A stretch of DNA of 64,000 nucleotides from sequence record MH791409.1. The stretch is one strand, 5' to 3'. Positions 52,532 to 61,202 of this stretch are shown here, in pieces. Numbering within the stretch: position 1 is the stretch's first letter; every line of letters starts with the position of its first letter. The notes beneath the pieces are model-generated. The model was not told where the DNA came from. It did not search any database and saw nothing but the letters and a program-made list of their open reading frames with translations. A program made the position numbers and the translations under genes. This DNA is from Escherichia phage EcWhh-1.

Positions 52532-52803
52532 AAATTGGAGGTATACATCATTAGATAACGATGTATATCTTCATACCCTTCATTAAATTGCTCAATAAGA
52601 GTATCACGTTCATCTTCAGTTAAAGACTTAAAGAGTTTATTAAAAGATAGGCCGTTAAGTTCCTTTCCATGTTCATTACGAATACCCAACTCATTCAAAA
52701 AGGCAATAAACTCATCACGGCGCTGCATGATGTCTTCACAATCCGTTTTAATCAAAATGGAAACAATAGTAGCAATTTCGGAAACGATTTCAATTTTAGT
52801 CAT
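52528..52803 (-). CDS. asiA: anti-sigma70 factor AsiA
   Basis: 91 aa; matches T4 AsiA (IAFLNE...EQFNEGYE.I.RYL.MYT). Confidence 0.9.
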   Translation of the reverse strand: MTKIEIVSEIATIVSILIKTDCEDIMQRRDEFIAFLNELGIRNEHGKELNGLSFNKLFKSLTEDERDTLIEQFNEGYEDIHRYLMMYTSNF

Positions 52804-52833
52804 AATATTCTCTTCAATTCAGTACGACATTAT

Positions 52834-52873
52834 CTGATAAGGCTATAATAACATATCCTTATGGATTGTAAAC
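52834..52873 (-). promoter_or_regulatory. early promoter/stem-loop cassette upstream of asiA
   Basis: AAGGCTATAATAAC...GTTTAC on the - strand. Confidence 0.55.
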
Positions 52874-53106
52874 ATGTTCTTCGTTCTTTTTAACATATTC
52901 CTGATACATTTCTTCAATAGGTTCCTGGAACTTAAAATCAGCTCCTAGGAATTCCTCAAAGCACTCCTGCTCACGAGTACGCATACCTGTTACGGTATTC
53001 TCTAAGTTATGACTCATACCCTTTACCCTTATGTTTCTGCTTACGCTTGGACTCTTTAAAATTTTTCTTCTTGTCCTTATGGACCGAAGCCTTATTGAAA
53101 TCGTGC

Positions 53107-53388
53107 TTAGCTACAAGATTGTTCACGTAATTTCCTTAATTGATATTCAAGAGAACTGATAATTTCTTTATTAGTTGCAATATACATATCACGTAGGAAC
53201 GGCTTCAACCCTTCCATATTCCCATGAATTGTCTTAGAACTAATATTCTTTATATATTCATGGTCTAATGCATCCCAAGCCGGCTGGTTGACATAAGTTC
53301 CCCAGTTGTCTTCAACCATAACATTCAGACGTTTAATGTGGTTGATATGGGCTTCGATTGCATCAATCTGGAGTTGTTTAAGATTCAT
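53107..53388 (-). CDS. arn: Arn-like anti-restriction protein (synteny)
   Basis: 93 aa next to asiA as in T4; identity by position and size only. Confidence 0.55.
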   Translation of the reverse strand: MNLKQLQIDAIEAHINHIKRLNVMVEDNWGTYVNQPAWDALDHEYIKNISSKTIHGNMEGLKPFLRDMYIATNKEIISSLEYQLRKLREQSCS

Positions 53389-53876
53389 TAGTAAAGGTCC
53401 TCAGAGTAAAGTTCTTTTTCACTACCACCACGTTCAATACGAACTTGATTAGCATATGTTGCAATAATCATTGCTTCTTCGCGAGTCCAATAGTTTGAGT
53501 ATTGGTCGATAAATCCTTGGTCATCACCGCAAACATGCTCTGACACAAGTTTATCACTTACTTGGTCAAGCACTTCTGCCATATCTTTTGAATAATGACG
53601 AGCTCCTGGAATAACCAGAGTCCCACCGTCTTTTAACTTAAAGCGATTGGCTGCGCATACAATTCGACGTTGGTATTTTTCATTGTTATTCCAATGAGCA
53701 ATCTGCCAACAGATTTCAGGAACCTCTTCCAAAACATCCTCTTCCGAATATTCAGCGTAATCACCGTAGGCCTGTAATTTAGCTGCTAGACTTTTAGGAG
53801 TCTCACGAGAAAGGGCTTTATCTAATAAAGCCAATTGGGCTTTAAAAGACAATTCTTTAGCTTTTAATGGGTTCAT
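53388..53876 (-). CDS. hypothetical protein
   Basis: track ORF 53388-53885 trimmed to the ATG overlapping the upstream stop. Confidence 0.5.
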   Translation of the reverse strand: MNPLKAKELSFKAQLALLDKALSRETPKSLAAKLQAYGDYAEYSEEDVLEEVPEICWQIAHWNNNEKYQRRIVCAANRFKLKDGGTLVIPGARHYSKDMAEVLDQVSDKLVSEHVCGDDQGFIDQYSNYWTREEAMIIATYANQVRIERGGSEKELYSEDLY

Positions 53877-54202
53877 TTGAACCATCCTTTAACACGTTGC
53901 CATAAAGTTTTCTGTTGAGCTTTATTAACACCAATTGAACGAATAACCGGTTGTGATTCCTGGTATTCTTTGTAGTCGGCTTTATAGACTTCATAAGCGG
54001 CAGGAACAAAGGTGCTGATTGCGGCCATGAAATTCTTGCGGATTCCCATAGAAGCTTCAGAACCGCCACGGATGATTAAGTATTTACCAGCTTTAATCTT
54101 AACAATAGTGCCGAGATAAGCACCATGGTACCAAATATCCCAACCTTCTTGAGTAGGTTCTGCACAACGACGAAGTTCATTAACAATATTCAGCTTGTTC
54201 AT
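53873..54202 (-). CDS. hypothetical protein (motA.1 position)
   Basis: 109-aa ORF between motA and the arn block. Confidence 0.5.
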   Translation of the reverse strand: MNKLNIVNELRRCAEPTQEGWDIWYHGAYLGTIVKIKAGKYLIIRGGSEASMGIRKNFMAAISTFVPAAYEVYKADYKEYQESQPVIRSIGVNKAQQKTLWQRVKGWFK

Positions 54203-54216
54203 AATAATTTCCTCAG

Positions 54217-54852
54217 TCAGTTAATTGCGTTGGTTACGGTTTTGATAACTTCAGATGATACGTTTTGGAAGTCGATATAAGTATTCTTACCACCAGTCTT
54301 AATCTTAACATCAAGATTCAAAGAAGTAAACACTTGTTTTTCTTTATCGGTCATATTATAACCGAAGATACGCATCATTCCGTCACGACGGACTTCAATT
54401 TGACGAATGCCATTGGTACGTTTAGCGAACCGAACTTCAAGGTTGCTACGGTTTTCAGCAATTTCACGAATCTCGATACGGTCTTCTAATAAAGCTTTAA
54501 CTTCATCAGCCAATACCACCATTTCAGGAGTAACACCACGTGAACTGCGTGTTTTACGTTTTTCCAACATCTCTGGAGCATTTTCAGAAGCGAACAGATC
54601 AGCAGCTTTTTGAACTAAGTCCATTGCTTCACCTGTAGCCACCAGTCCATCACCAGATTTTTCGATGAATCCTTTCTTAATCAATACACCAATGTTAGAG
54701 TTAACTACCGCTGCACTAAATTGTTCACTCAGGGCTTCACGGACTTCGCCTGAAGTGATGAAGTTGTTCTTGATGATATGTACTAAGATAGAAGCCGTTT
54801 TTTCATTCAGGACGTCTTCAGAAGCTTTGATGATATAAGTAATTTTAGACAT
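54217..54852 (-). CDS. motA: middle transcription activator MotA
   Basis: 211 aa, same length as T4 MotA, with N-terminal identity as recalled. Confidence 0.9.
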   Translation of the reverse strand: MSKITYIIKASEDVLNEKTASILVHIIKNNFITSGEVREALSEQFSAAVVNSNIGVLIKKGFIEKSGDGLVATGEAMDLVQKAADLFASENAPEMLEKRKTRSSRGVTPEMVVLADEVKALLEDRIEIREIAENRSNLEVRFAKRTNGIRQIEVRRDGMMRIFGYNMTDKEKQVFTSLNLDVKIKTGGKNTYIDFQNVSSEVIKTVTNAIN

Positions 54853-54875
54853 TTTAATCTCCGATAACCATTTAT

Positions 54876-54915
54876 TTGATAGGTCTATAGTATCATGTTT
54901 AAAGCAGAAGTAAAC
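54876..54915 (-). promoter_or_regulatory. early promoter/stem-loop cassette (PeSL), copy flanking the 75-aa ORF
   Basis: TTGATAGGTCTATAGTATCATGTTTAAAGCAGAAGTAAAC; near-identical direct repeat of 55219-55259. Confidence 0.6.
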
Positions 54916-54954
54916 TTTATTTTGAGCTCTTTTTCAAGAGCTCTAATAAAGTAC

Positions 54955-55182
54955 TTACTTAATGTTCAGATTACGAACTTCGATTTCGTCTTCAGGGGCA
55001 AAATCAAACTGTTTGAATTCTGTGTCACCTTTAAATTTAAAAATCATTGTGAAGAAAGTCAGAACACCGGGTTTTTCTTCACGAACTCCACATATATCAT
55101 ATTCAATACCATCTACAACCAGTTTGTTAGCAGTCAGAGCATTTTTAGCTTTAACGATTTCGTTTTCGATTTTAAATTTCAT
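54955..55182 (-). CDS. hypothetical protein in a promoter-flanked cassette
   Basis: 75-aa ORF bracketed by two near-identical promoter cassettes. Confidence 0.55.
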   Translation of the reverse strand: MKFKIENEIVKAKNALTANKLVVDGIEYDICGVREEKPGVLTFFTMIFKFKGDTEFKQFDFAPEDEIEVRNLNIK

Positions 55183-55218
55183 TTTTGTATCTCCGGGTTG
55201 TTTGTTTCAGTTCATTTA

Positions 55219-55259
55219 TTTGATAGGTCTATAGTATCATGTTTAAAGCAGATGTAAAC
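55219..55259 (-). promoter_or_regulatory. early promoter/stem-loop cassette (PeSL)
   Basis: TTGATAGGTCTATAGTATCATGTTTAAAGCAGATGTAAAC. Confidence 0.6.
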
Positions 55260-55283
55260 ACTTTTTTGCACTAAACCCAAAAA

Positions 55284-55299
55284 GGAACCCGAAGGTTCC
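55284..55299 (-). terminator. hairpin GGAACC-CGAA-GGTTCC after gene 52
   Basis: reverse complement of the hairpin at 46993-47008, so UUCG loop on the - transcript. Confidence 0.6.
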
Positions 55300-55400
55300 T
55301 TACTTTTTAAAGTGGGCCGCTATTAAACCTATAGCTAAGCCTGTTGCCAGGCCTAGGATAACAGCAAAGATACAGAGTAGCAAGAACTCGACTCCAAGGC

Positions 55401-56780
55401 TCATAGAGCCTCCAAATCTTTAACATACTCAGTTACAACATCAGTGGTTTTCCAGTATTGATGCTCTTCTTTCTTAGCCTTGGCTTCCAAAGCCAGTTTC
55501 TTAGCTTCATCGGACGTGATATGGAAAATATTCATTGCTACGAGTTTATCAGCGTATTCGCCGTAGACTTTATTACCGGCTAATTCTTCGGTTAAAACCT
55601 TACGGGTCTTACCTTGGATAACCACTACACCATCAATAACATCTTTGATAAATGTGGCTTTAGCCAATGCCAGTTTGAAAGCTTCTTCGGTTTCGATGAT
55701 TTTACCATCAATACGTTTTTGTACAAAGGTCTTACGGACCTCAACGAAATCACGAATCAATTCAACTACATCTTCGTAAACCTTAAGTTTACCTTTCTCA
55801 TTAATGACTGTCAGGTTTTGCGAACGACGTTCGATTAACCCGAAGTCCTTCATGATTTTCTCATGCTTCTTATTTTCTTCAGTAGGCAATTCGTATTCTT
55901 TACGAATTTTAACCTTGAAGCCGAAACCATTCTCGTCACAGTCATCATCATACGTGATGTACCCTTTGTCTTCTAAAGGGTCCAACACCTTAGCCACATA
56001 CGTTTCACGGTCGTATTTGTACGGGATTTCTATGATATGCATTTGGGTTCGAGATGTGAACTTATACGTGCCTCGTAGTTCATAACTACCCGGTTCAATC
56101 TCAACCACATCACCACGGAATTCCGGATAAGCCACCTTAGGCTTGGTTACGCGTTTTTCTTGAAGAACCTGCAATACAGCTTTCTTAACAGAATCAAAAC
56201 TATGAGGAAGAATATTAGTTGCATAACCAGTTGCAATACCGGAAATACCATTAAGAAGAACAGTAGGAATAATAGGCAGATAAAAAGCTGGTGGCTTATG
56301 TTCGACATCCGCATGAACCGGAGCATATTCTGTATCCTTATAAACTTTGGCAAAGTTACTTCCGATACGAGCAAAAATATAACGAGATGCCGCTGCTTTT
56401 TGAACCAAACGAGAACCAAAGTTACCTTGGCCATCCAACAGTGGGAAGTTGTTGTTCCAAGTGTTAGCCATCAGAGCACCTGCTTCTTGAGCAGAGCCTT
56501 CACCATGGTGATATCCAAGGTCGGCTACACCACCTGCAATAGAAGCCAGTTTGTGGAATTTTTCTTTATTACCACGAGCCATATCAAGACAACGAGCAAC
56601 TACAAAACGTTGCACTGGTTTAAAGCCGTCAATCATATTTGGAATGGCGCGGTTTTCGACAGTATACATTGCGTAAGCCAGCGCTTCATTGTCGATAATG
56701 CTTTTTAAGTCACGACGAGTAAAAGCATCATCGTAAACATCTAAGGATTGTTTAAAAAGGGTATCAATTACATCAGCCAT
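55401..56780 (-). CDS. 52: DNA topoisomerase II medium subunit gp52
   Basis: 459 aa; matches T4 gp52 (KSIIDNEALAYAMYTVENRAIPNMIDGFKPVQRF). Confidence 0.92.
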   Translation of the reverse strand: MADVIDTLFKQSLDVYDDAFTRRDLKSIIDNEALAYAMYTVENRAIPNMIDGFKPVQRFVVARCLDMARGNKEKFHKLASIAGGVADLGYHHGEGSAQEAGALMANTWNNNFPLLDGQGNFGSRLVQKAAASRYIFARIGSNFAKVYKDTEYAPVHADVEHKPPAFYLPIIPTVLLNGISGIATGYATNILPHSFDSVKKAVLQVLQEKRVTKPKVAYPEFRGDVVEIEPGSYELRGTYKFTSRTQMHIIEIPYKYDRETYVAKVLDPLEDKGYITYDDDCDENGFGFKVKIRKEYELPTEENKKHEKIMKDFGLIERRSQNLTVINEKGKLKVYEDVVELIRDFVEVRKTFVQKRIDGKIIETEEAFKLALAKATFIKDVIDGVVVIQGKTRKVLTEELAGNKVYGEYADKLVAMNIFHITSDEAKKLALEAKAKKEEHQYWKTTDVVTEYVKDLEAL

Positions 56781-56784
56781 AATT

Positions 56785-56925
56785 TTACCATACTAGTGAA
56801 TGAATAACCATAATAACATCGGAAATAAAAAGCACAACTTGGATAAGACCGAATATTACTCCATAATACAGTGCTACCAATAAAGCAGCAAGGGCCACCG
56901 AGTAGCCCAAGATTTTCTTAATCAT
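56785..56925 (-). CDS. small hydrophobic membrane peptide (52.1 position)
   Basis: 46-aa ORF ([27 protein letters not shown]...) not in the track; stop 4 nt before gene 52. Confidence 0.45.
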   Translation of the reverse strand: MIKKILGYSVALAALLVALYYGVIFGLIQVVLFISDVIMVIHSLVW

Positions 56926-57079
56926 TTTTAATCATCTTAAGTAAACCGACAAAAGTAGAAAGAACCCAGCCAATAAACAGAAAACTTAAGAATACCGGAC
57001 CAGGGGTCCACACACCTAAAAAGAAGCAAACCGAACAGACTATAGCCGTAATAAGTTCAATAAAAACTATGATAATCAT
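56918..57079 (-). CDS. small hydrophobic membrane peptide Y (ac-like position)
   Basis: 53-aa ORF (MIIIVFIELITAIVCSVCFFLGVW...); start/stop overlap neighbours. Confidence 0.45.
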   Translation of the reverse strand: MIIIVFIELITAIVCSVCFFLGVWTPGPVFLSFLFIGWVLSTFVGLLKMIKND

Positions 57080-57089
57080 ATTTTCCTCA

Positions 57090-57228
57090 TTAGCGTCCGA
57101 AGACGCCTTTAGTTTTAAGATTGTTACGATAGAACTGCATCACATGTTCGTTATGGGAATTACTCCGTAATACAGTGTTACTAATAAAGAAGAAAGGGCT
57201 ACCGAGTAACCCAAGATTTCTTAATCAT
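57090..57228 (-). pseudogene. chimeric remnant: 5-prime part of a 52.1-like gene fused out of frame to a 3-prime stp copy lacking a start codon
   Basis: 57161-57228 is about 88% identical to 56861-56926; 57090-57165 encodes ...[21 protein letters not shown] with CGG in place of ATG; junction at shared GAGTAAT. Confidence 0.55.
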
Positions 57229-57374
57229 TTTTTGGTAAAGGCCTGTAGAATCAGAACAAATGCCAATATGAATTGTGGAATGGCCTGAGAAATGACCGAA
57301 GTTTCACCCGTAGTAATAGTCCAAATACCTAGATAAGTCCAAATACCCGCAGCAAAACCTTGTAAAATATTCAT
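57225..57374 (-). CDS. small hydrophobic membrane peptide X (ac-like position)
   Basis: 49-aa ORF (MNILQGFAAGIWTYLGIWTITTGE...) with GAGG RBS overlapping the stp stop. Confidence 0.45.
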   Translation of the reverse strand: MNILQGFAAGIWTYLGIWTITTGETSVISQAIPQFILAFVLILQAFTKK

Positions 57375-57381
57375 ATTTTCC

Positions 57382-57462
57382 TCAAGGGCGTCCGAAGACA
57401 CCAGTTAATTTCAGATTATGACGGTGCCATTGCATCACATGTTCGTTATGGAAATTACTCAT
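57382..57462 (-). CDS. stp: Stp peptide (activator of host PrrC anticodon nuclease in T4)
   Basis: 26-aa [29 protein letters not shown] vs T4 Stp [26 protein letters not shown] (recalled); ATG overlaps ndd stop. Confidence 0.75.
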   Translation of the reverse strand: MSNFHNEHVMQWHRHNLKLTGVFGRP

Positions 57463-57911
57463 TAGTAAGCCTGCAGAACGAATTTGAAGTTATCGGCCAA
57501 CATACGGTTCATTTCTTCCAGTGTCTGAAGGTCTGAACTATGATTGCGAGTGAAAGCCATTGCAATTTGACCTTTACCAAAGCCTGTAGTCAGAGGTTTC
57601 ATTTTAGAAGCTGGCACATAAAGAACTTCATACACCACACCATTCACTGCCATAGTGCGAGCTGATTGAGAACGTTTCTTACGGATGTTAGCCACAATAC
57701 CATCAAGACCTTGAGCTGAACGTTGGTTACCGACATAAAAGCGAGCGGCTACGACACGAGAATCTGCTTCACCTTTAACAAAGAAGTAGAAGCCTGGCTG
57801 AGCTGAGATTTCTTTAGAAGGCTTACCATTTTGGTATTCGCCATTCTTAACATAAGCAACAGTAGTAGCACCAGCAGACAGAACGTTACCGCGAGTCATA
57901 TAAGTATTCAT
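57462..57911 (-). CDS. ndd: nucleoid disruption protein Ndd (synteny)
   Basis: 149 aa (T4 Ndd 151 aa), immediately upstream of stp. Confidence 0.65.
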   Translation of the reverse strand: MNTYMTRGNVLSAGATTVAYVKNGEYQNGKPSKEISAQPGFYFFVKGEADSRVVAARFYVGNQRSAQGLDGIVANIRKKRSQSARTMAVNGVVYEVLYVPASKMKPLTTGFGKGQIAMAFTRNHSSDLQTLEEMNRMLADNFKFVLQAY

Positions 57912-57946
57912 ATCAATTTCCTCAGTAGATTAATGTTTTGTTATCC

Positions 57947-57989
57947 AGTCAACGAGAACCATTATAACATGATTCTCGAGGTTGTAAAC
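57947..57989 (-). promoter_or_regulatory. early promoter/stem-loop cassette upstream of ndd
   Basis: CGAGAACC...GATTCTCG stem around the -10; GTTTAC -35. Confidence 0.55.
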
Positions 57990-58333
57990 TATTTTTGTAG
58001 CTGTTCTAAAATAAATCCGCTCGTATAAAAGGACGCATTATATACCTTATTCAGTGGGTTCAAAGCGCGTCCATAGGTATCACGTAATTCTTTGATAACA
58101 TTTTCGTAACTCACATAGTAAGCACTACGATAGTCAGGGTCCATGCTCATACGGAATTTGATGAATCGATAAAACCCTGTATCCGGGTCTTGAACGAAAA
58201 CGAAATCCGCGCTTGCCATAGTTTTTGAATCTAACCCAGTAACCAGTTCTTGATTAAAGGCTGCCAATGCCTCTTTAAGACTGAGTTGCTCAAAGAACAT
58301 AACCTTAGCATTACCAAAAAATACTTTAGACAT
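57989..58333 (-). CDS. hypothetical protein (ndd.x position)
   Basis: 114-aa ORF. Confidence 0.5.
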   Translation of the reverse strand: MSKVFFGNAKVMFFEQLSLKEALAAFNQELVTGLDSKTMASADFVFVQDPDTGFYRFIKFRMSMDPDYRSAYYVSYENVIKELRDTYGRALNPLNKVYNASFYTSGFILEQLQK

Positions 58334-58347
58334 AATAATTTCCTCAA

Positions 58348-58614
58348 TTATTCAGAGTCGACTTCTTCTGATAATTCCATCAGTTCATCAACCGTGAAAC
58401 ACTCGGTATTATTTTCAATAGCAAAACGCTTTTGATAAAAAGGATAATCCAAACAGTTTTCAGTACGAATGGGACGCTCACTATTATCCATCAAAGGAGA
58501 AATGCGAATCAATTGTTGGCCGTTACCTAATACAAATTTTTCACCAACTGCGACATCTTTAAAAAGTTTCATAATATTTTCCTCAGAAGTTAAAGAATAC
58601 ACGTACATGGTCAA
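58348..58614 (-). CDS. hypothetical protein (ndd.x position)
   Basis: 88-aa ORF. Confidence 0.5.
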   Translation of the reverse strand: MTMYVYSLTSEENIMKLFKDVAVGEKFVLGNGQQLIRISPLMDNSERPIRTENCLDYPFYQKRFAIENNTECFTVDELMELSEEVDSE

Positions 58615-58694
58615 TCATAAAAACTATTGGGAAAATGCTCAATACCATTAACAACACAAACATGTTCCAAATTGCTTTAAGTAAGTTTTTCATA

Positions 58695-58738
58695 ATCATC
58701 TCCATTAGTTGATAGGTCTATAGTATCATGTCTAATGG
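58695..58738 (-). promoter_or_regulatory. early promoter/stem-loop cassette (PeSL)
   Basis: TTGATAGGTCTATAGTATCATG core; CTCCATTAG...CTAATGGAG stem includes the RBS of a roughly 38-aa hydrophobic ORF. Confidence 0.55.
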
Positions 58739-58838
58739 AGATGTATACTGATTTATGCCAATTTCCACAACAATAAACTAAAACATACGCAAATCACTGG
58801 GATACAGGCTATCCAAATAAGGCACCACATTTTGCTAC

Positions 58839-59099
58839 TCATAATACTATCTCTTTTATTTCCATAAACCCATCATTCAGTGCATGGCGGAGTTCATAAT
58901 GGATATCTATACCATCGACATTATCTAATTTACCGTCGATAAGTTTTTGTAAATCTTTTTTTGACGCTATCAAAGGACGAAGAAATCTACAATTAGAAAG
59001 GGATAATTCCGTAATAACATCTTCACCTGATGCATCGTACATTGCGGCAACAACTTTACCTGTAACTTTGTGTTTAGCGTAATATAATTTGATATCCAT
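58839..59099 (-). CDS. hypothetical protein
   Basis: 86-aa ORF with promoter cassette upstream. Confidence 0.5.
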   Translation of the reverse strand: MDIKLYYAKHKVTGKVVAAMYDASGEDVITELSLSNCRFLRPLIASKKDLQKLIDGKLDNVDGIDIHYELRHALNDGFMEIKEIVL

Positions 59100-59115
59100 T
59101 TTGTTTTCCTCTCAT

Positions 59116-59160
59116 GTAGTTGATAGGAAGATAGTAACACCATCCATGGTGTATGTAAAC
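59116..59160 (-). promoter_or_regulatory. early promoter/stem-loop cassette (diverged PeSL)
   Basis: GTAGTTGATAGGAAGATAGTAACACC...GTAAAC. Confidence 0.5.
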
Positions 59161-59174
59161 ACTTATTTTAAAAA

Positions 59175-59795
59175 TTATAAGGCGAGATACCAGCCGTTGT
59201 AATTACTCTTACGGACTAGCTTTTTGATGGATTCTCTGTCACCAGAGAACTTAGGAGTGAACAGGACGTCGCCTGCCTCATTTACTGAAGTGTCGAATAT
59301 AATTATACAGTCTGCAACTTTATGATTCAAGAGCGGTCCCAGGTTAATCCCTGTTCCATAAGGGAAGTCACCCGAGTATCCTGTAGTGCAGGAAATCCAC
59401 TTAGAATCAGATTGGTGGGTCTTGACCTCTACACGTAGTCCACAGTACATAGGATGGGCTAAAACATCCCAGGCGTAGGTATAAGGGTCGTCATGGTCTT
59501 CCAGACCACTGTTGACGTATCCTTTCAACCAATCAGCAACCATGTACTCTGCATACGTTGCAATAACACATCGAGTCAATACTTCTTTCTTATCTTGGGA
59601 TGGGTCTTGGCCTAAGGAATACAATACGGTATCCTTAATCTTGACCTTCATTTCACCTGTTAAATCAGATGTCTTCAGGGTAAATGTCGGCATCTTCGAC
59701 AGTCGAACTAGTCCCGGATTTGACGGATTCATAATCACCACCAATATACAATTCTTCGACGTGGACATTACCAAAATAGATACGAGAGTTTTCAC
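59175..59795 (-). CDS. hypothetical protein (denB region; start uncertain)
   Basis: 206-aa track ORF; N-terminus overlaps the upstream ORF so the real start is probably internal. Confidence 0.45.
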   Translation of the reverse strand: MKTLVSILVMSTSKNCILVVIMNPSNPGLVRLSKMPTFTLKTSDLTGEMKVKIKDTVLYSLGQDPSQDKKEVLTRCVIATYAEYMVADWLKGYVNSGLEDHDDPYTYAWDVLAHPMYCGLRVEVKTHQSDSKWISCTTGYSGDFPYGTGINLGPLLNHKVADCIIIFDTSVNEAGDVLFTPKFSGDRESIKKLVRKSNYNGWYLAL

Positions 59796-59991
59796 TCAAT
59801 TTACTATGGTCTAATTTTTTAAGGTTTTCAACTGAATCGAAAATCACATCTGTTGCAAAAAGATGGCCTGTAGCTTTATCAGATTTGATTACATCTACAC
59901 AATAAACCTTATCGGCCACATGATTACCTTGGAGATAACTATCTTTGATATCTTCGTCGCCGACGTTCATGTAATTAATCATTTTACTCAC
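59665..59991 (-). CDS. hypothetical protein
   Basis: 108-aa ORF. Confidence 0.45.
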   Translation of the reverse strand: MSKMINYMNVGDEDIKDSYLQGNHVADKVYCVDVIKSDKATGHLFATDVIFDSVENLKKLDHSKLSENSRIYFGNVHVEELYIGGDYESVKSGTSSTVEDADIYPEDI

Positions 59992-60181
59992 CGAAATAAG
60001 AAATACGAACCTCTAAACAATGAACATATGCACCCATCGCATCCAGTTGGGCAATCAGTAACCCTTGTTGACGGATATCAAGAGTTTCAAAAATAGCACC
60101 TTTAATAAACTCTTCAAGAGCGTTAATTTTCAAGACCAGTTGGGCGTATTCATCAATTACACGTGCTTGGAAACCTAACAT
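59984..60181 (-). CDS. hypothetical protein
   Basis: 65-aa ORF downstream of rIIB. Confidence 0.45.
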   Translation of the reverse strand: MLGFQARVIDEYAQLVLKINALEEFIKGAIFETLDIRQQGLLIAQLDAMGAYVHCLEVRISYFGE

Positions 60182-60193
60182 AATTCCTCATTA

Positions 60194-60209
60194 GGAGGCC
60201 GGAGCCTCC
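60194..60209 (-). terminator. hairpin GGAGGC-CGGA-GCCTCC after rIIB
   Basis: 6-bp GC stem 11 nt after the rIIB stop. Confidence 0.5.
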
Positions 60210-60219
60210 GTTTATTGAT

Positions 60220-61188
60220 TTAGTATTTGTATTCGTTTGCGAACTGTTCAGTGACGTCTTCCAGAACTTCATAATAACATACACGCATTTTAGCATCACC
60301 GTAATCGACCGGGATACTAACAACATCACGCGGGTTAACTTTGCATGAAACTACTTTACAGTTAGAGTTACCAAAATGACCAATATAGCTACGAGAGCAA
60401 ACATGCAGACCTGTTGAACAAGTTACTTCGTCGTCATCATTTACACGTGAACGTGGCATTTTAACTGGCTTACCTGGCGAGTTATCAAACGTGCCGGTAC
60501 GGCAGTCAGTATAATCAGAGTTAACAACTTTCCATGTGATAAAGTGGCCGTCTTCAGTGATTTTGATATCGTTCGCGACCAGGAAGTCGAACAGACGCTG
60601 TACAGCTTTTTCGCTTGGGTTTTCTAACAGATTCTCAAGGAACGGCAGGTAGAATTCGAAGTCTTCGCCATTTTCCATTGAGGTGATAATACGGTCAATC
60701 AACCCTGAACGCAATTCGATACCTTGATAAACCAGACGTCCACCTTCAATACGAACGTTACCTTTAACGAAAGCCTTAACAGCTTCTTTAATGGAAATCA
60801 GTTTAATCGCGTCATCAAAACGGGATTCTTTAAGGGCCTGTACGATGGCATCAAAATGTTTGTTCTTATTAGTGGTGTTCCATACTGTACGACCTTCAGT
60901 GATGGATACGAATTTAGAACTGGCGTTCCAGATAATTTCCGGACGAGAACCACCAATAGTAACTTCAACCGGAACTGCACGAGGCTCGTTAGGAACCGTT
61001 ACTTTAATATTTCCGGTAATAACCACTTGTGAACGTTTAGCTTCTTCAGCATTTTTCAGAACTTTACGGACCGTATCAACCGAGATACCAAAATCTTCAG
61101 CCAGATCAGATTGGGTATAATTACCTGAAGCATACATAGAAGTAATTAAGGTTTGTTCGTATTCAGAGACACATTTAATATTGTACAT
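60220..61188 (-). CDS. rIIB: rIIB protein
   Basis: 322 aa; matches T4 rIIB (MYNIKC...SGNYTQ...NAEEAKR; IEGG.L.YQ.IELRSGL). Confidence 0.9.
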   Translation of the reverse strand: MYNIKCVSEYEQTLITSMYASGNYTQSDLAEDFGISVDTVRKVLKNAEEAKRSQVVITGNIKVTVPNEPRAVPVEVTIGGSRPEIIWNASSKFVSITEGRTVWNTTNKNKHFDAIVQALKESRFDDAIKLISIKEAVKAFVKGNVRIEGGRLVYQGIELRSGLIDRIITSMENGEDFEFYLPFLENLLENPSEKAVQRLFDFLVANDIKITEDGHFITWKVVNSDYTDCRTGTFDNSPGKPVKMPRSRVNDDDEVTCSTGLHVCSRSYIGHFGNSNCKVVSCKVNPRDVVSIPVDYGDAKMRVCYYEVLEDVTEQFANEYKY

Positions 61189-61202
61189 AATATTTCCTTA
61201 GA

